From an uncultured Candidatus Saccharibacteria bacterium (GTDB lineage Bacteria; Patescibacteriota; Minisyncoccia; Phycocordibacterales; CAYGHQ01), in the NCBI GenBank assembly GCA_964349845.1, contig CAYGHQ010000001.1, positions 1 through 54,249 on the forward strand: DNA of 54,249 nt, read 5' to 3'. Of the stretch, positions 51,923-54,249 are shown in pieces. The translations under genes and the position numbers were made by a program. Within the stretch, counting starts at the first letter, position 1. The number at the start of each line of letters is the position of its first letter. The notes under the pieces are model-generated. The model was given only the letters and a program-made list of their open reading frames with translations, was not told the origin of the DNA and searched no databases.

Positions 51923-52723
51923 CTACAATTTTATGTTTTTAAAGAGGTTCTTGCAAAGATTGAAATGATAACGATGGCGTTCCCATTCCAGCGCAAAGAG
52001 CATTTTGGATCCCCGACAGAAAAAAATATTACGAAGGGAGCGGAAAGCAAAAAGGAGAGAAATTTTTAAATTTTCCAGACAAACCTTAAGCCAATCCATA
52101 AATGATATTTTCGGACGGCGTTCACACTCCAAATTCACATAATAATCCCACTTTTTTCTAATTTCCTCAACGTTCCCGCTTTGGGGAACAAGCATAAAAT
52201 TTTTGAGGGAAAGAACCGGATAGTCAGGCTTTGGATCAATCCTTTCGTGAATTGTTTTTATAAATTTATCCCCCGCTTCCCTATGGAAAAATCTCATCTG
52301 TTTTGAAGGGTAAGTGGAAGCGCAATCAATAATTTTTCCATCAATCACATATTTCCTCGGCACCCAATAGAGAGAAGGTGAAGTATTTTTTTCAATAATT
52401 TCCCTCACTTCCGAAACAACTTCATTTGTCAGAGATTCATCCGAATCAACATAAAAAAACCACAGGTAATTTGATGCCTCAAGCATCTGATTTCTGACAC
52501 CTGAAAAATCTCTTATCCGGTTGTTCTCATATTTAAATTTTTGATCTTGAAAAATAATTTTGCATTCAAATTCTTTCGCAATTTCTGTCGTTTTATCTGT
52601 ACTTCCCCCATCGCAAATAATTATTTCCGCAAAATCCTTTACAGATTCCAGCGCCTTTCTTATTCCCCTCTCCGAATTGAAGGAAAGTATGCCGACAGAG
52701 CAAGAGATTTTCTCTTTATTCAT
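51923..52723 (-). CDS. Glycosyltransferase family 2
   Basis: SVGILSFNSERGIRKALESVKDFAEIIICDGGSTD and VDSDE are present. The start is the ATG at 52723 or the TTG at 52729. Confidence 0.7.
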   Translation of the reverse strand: MNKEKISCSVGILSFNSERGIRKALESVKDFAEIIICDGGSTDKTTEIAKEFECKIIFQDQKFKYENNRIRDFSGVRNQMLEASNYLWFFYVDSDESLTNEVVSEVREIIEKNTSPSLYWVPRKYVIDGKIIDCASTYPSKQMRFFHREAGDKFIKTIHERIDPKPDYPVLSLKNFMLVPQSGNVEEIRKKWDYYVNLECERRPKISFMDWLKVCLENLKISLLFAFRSLRNIFFCRGSKMLFALEWERHRYHFNLCKNLFKNIKL

Positions 52724-52761
52724 GTCCAATATTATGCCATAAATTAAGGCTTTTTTACCTA

Positions 52762-52790
52762 TTGACTTTTAAACACCCTTATGATAAACT
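52762..52790 (+). promoter_or_regulatory. Sigma70-type promoter
   Basis: TTGACT, a 17-nt spacer with a TGn extended -10, then TAAACT. It lies about 140 nt upstream of the 52932 CDS. Confidence 0.5.
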
Positions 52791-52851
52791 ATATACCAGA
52801 AGCTAAAAGTATAGTTTCTTTGAAAAAGCAATAGAAAAAAACTCAAAAATA

Positions 52852-52914
52852 CCCCGCTTCGCTCGAAGGAGCTACGCGGGGCAAGCCCTCCTTCGCATAA
52901 AGCTACGGAAGGGC
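52852..52914 (+). promoter_or_regulatory. Two tandem stem-loops with similar loops in a 5' leader
   Basis: CCCCGC(TTCGC..AGCTAC)GCGGGG and GCCCTCC(TTCGC..AGCTAC)GGAAGGGC lie directly upstream of the AGGAGG and the ATG. Confidence 0.4.
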
Positions 52915-52931
52915 AAAGAAAGGAGGCCAAA

Positions 52932-53963
52932 ATGGCCAAAACAAAAAAAATACTGATAGTTACAAAAGATCTTGGAGAATACAATACTCTGTCGCCAATT
53001 GCTCGGCAGTTAGAACAATCGGGGCAGGTGGTGTCGGTAGTAGCAGAAGAATTGTCCCACGTGAAATGGTTCAAGGAAGGACGGTGGCTTAACGACGAAA
53101 ATGCAGTCTCTCCCGAAGCGCTGTTGAAAAGCTTTAATCCGCAGGCGGTGATTTGCGGACTTGGATCCCCGATTAACCTCGGAGAAAAATACGGACTAGC
53201 CTCCAACAACATGGGAATTCCCCTTGTACACGTTCACGATATTTGGGGAGTTCACTGTCGTTCAACGGCAATTCCGGACTTGGTTTTGGCGCCGGATCCC
53301 TTCGCGGAAAAATTGGTAAAGGAGTACGCTCCCTATGCGGGAAAACCGCCAAAAGTTGTCGTCACCGGCTTCCCGGCGATGGATAACCTCAAAGAGGTCG
53401 GGGAAAATATCACTGTCGCAAAGAAAATAGGGCAAAGTACTGCAATTCTCGTCTTGGGACAGGACGAATCCACAACCCCAATGCTCCATGGCATGGCAGA
53501 AGCGGTAAAAAGGCTGGATGATGTAGTTATTATTCCTCGCCTCCATCCGAAAATTAAGGAGGGACGAGCGGAGTGGTTGGAAATTCTTGCTTCCATGGAA
53601 GCAGATGTTTTATGGGTTCATTCAAACGTTCCCACAAGACAACTTATGTTCTATTCTCATATTACGGTTTCCATATACTCAACAGGATTAGTGGAGGCCG
53701 CCATGTTGGGATCTGTGCCGGCAAGCTGGACATCCGAAATCGGCCGGCAAATGATGAGTAAAAATTTGGGAGGGATTGAGAGATTTCCCCTAGTGAATTA
53801 TGAGTGCGCCTATGAAGTTTCCGAGCCAGAAGGATTTCTGCGGATTATTTCAGAGTATCCCAGTGAGTATGGGAAATGGCAAAAAGCAGTTAAACACCAT
53901 TTGCCCAACGACGGGAAAGCGGCCGAAAGGTGCGCCAATACCATACTTGAGTTCATTTCCTGA
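52932..53963 (+). CDS. GT-B-fold protein distantly resembling UDP-GlcNAc 2-epimerases (Epimerase_2-like); function uncertain
   Basis: 343 aa. ILIVTKDLGEYNTLSPIARQL and IIPRLHPKIK loosely resemble the NeuC/WecB N-terminal and HP motifs. It has a strong AGGAGG RBS. Confidence 0.3.
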   Translation: MAKTKKILIVTKDLGEYNTLSPIARQLEQSGQVVSVVAEELSHVKWFKEGRWLNDENAVSPEALLKSFNPQAVICGLGSPINLGEKYGLASNNMGIPLVHVHDIWGVHCRSTAIPDLVLAPDPFAEKLVKEYAPYAGKPPKVVVTGFPAMDNLKEVGENITVAKKIGQSTAILVLGQDESTTPMLHGMAEAVKRLDDVVIIPRLHPKIKEGRAEWLEILASMEADVLWVHSNVPTRQLMFYSHITVSIYSTGLVEAAMLGSVPASWTSEIGRQMMSKNLGGIERFPLVNYECAYEVSEPEGFLRIISEYPSEYGKWQKAVKHHLPNDGKAAERCANTILEFIS

Positions 53964-53989
53964 TTCCGGAATCAAAATGGAATCGCGCG

Positions 53990-54026
53990 GCCGGCAAAAT
54001 CATCAGATGATTTTGCCGGCTTTTTC
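53990..54026 (+). terminator. Intrinsic terminator
   Basis: GCCGGCAAAATCAT cag ATGATTTTGCCGGC followed by TTTTT. Confidence 0.8.
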
Positions 54027-54094
54027 TTTTTACGACATAACCTTTTACACCGCAAACTAGATAATTTAAAAAATTTACTCTTACCCACCTTTGG

Positions 54095-54189
54095 TCTTAA
54101 CTGCCTATGATCTTAATCAACCCTAATCTTAAGTAACCCTTAACCAGCCTTAATTTTAAGTAACTATAATTTAACTCTATAATCTTAAC
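54095..54189. repeat. Array of (T/C)CTTAA-containing short repeats
   Basis: TCTTAA occurs at 54095, 54111 and 54127, exactly 16 nt apart. CTTAA(C/T)/TTTAA(G/C) variants follow at about 54139, 54149, 54155, 54170 and 54184. Confidence 0.7.
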
Positions 54190-54195
54190 TGACTA

Positions 54196-54249
54196 TTGAC
54201 ATAATTTAGCAAAATCCAGCTATAGCTGGATTTTGCTAAATTATGTCAA
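54196..54249. repeat. 54-nt perfect palindrome ending exactly at the window edge
   Basis: TTGACATAATTTAGCAAAATCCAGCTA is followed by its exact reverse complement. It may extend beyond the window. Confidence 0.95.

Overview
This 54.2-kb window is densely coding (about 50 genes) and is almost entirely one very large surface-glycan biosynthesis and export locus. All protein family calls come from motif-level reading of the translations; no database search was possible.

Main gene content:
- An ABC-type polysaccharide exporter, Wzm permease plus Wzt ATPase, where Wzt carries a C-terminal extension.
- About 13 glycosyltransferase-like genes: GT2, GT4, GT9, GT10, GT11, a GT8-like gene, a DUF115/Maf-like gene, a fucosyltransferase-superfamily-like gene, and a GT2 fused to a GT-C-type membrane domain.
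- 7 SAM-methyltransferase-like genes and 2 cobalamin-type radical SAM genes.
- A dTDP-3-amino-3,6-dideoxyhexose module (RmlB, FdtA/QdtA-like isomerase, DegT-type aminotransferase).
- A scattered nonulosonic-acid module: NeuB fused to a TIM-barrel domain, a KdsC-like phosphatase, and a NeuA cytidylyltransferase.
- A split transketolase + SDR + TagD-like cytidylyltransferase + Nudix module.
- An O-antigen-ligase-like membrane protein with TPR repeats.

The left edge carries the 5' part of a TraD/VirD4-like P-loop ATPase and a putative glycoside hydrolase. At 19.7-21.7 kb sits a mobile-element graveyard: a RAYT-type (IS200-like Y1/HUH) transposase flanked by inverted REP hairpins, wedged between two truncated IS3-family elements.

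The most unusual signal is non-coding. Most junctions between the co-oriented gene blocks from ~6 kb to ~40 kb are occupied by a long (70-270 bp) imperfect palindrome built from short stuttering words. These fall into at least four recurring families. Two family-E copies place a 53-nt inverted repeat with one mismatch on either side of wzm.

Other notable features:
- Several long perfect palindromes (74, 54, 40 nt).
- Two promoters sharing an identical twin-TTGACAC geometry.
- Several start codons only 6-9 nt downstream of a -10 box, with no Shine-Dalgarno sequence (leaderless-like).
- An A18 tract inside a glycosyltransferase gene.

No rRNA, tRNA or CRISPR array was recognised. The gene content and style suggest a small-genome uncultivated bacterium (CPR/Patescibacteria-like), but that is only an inference.
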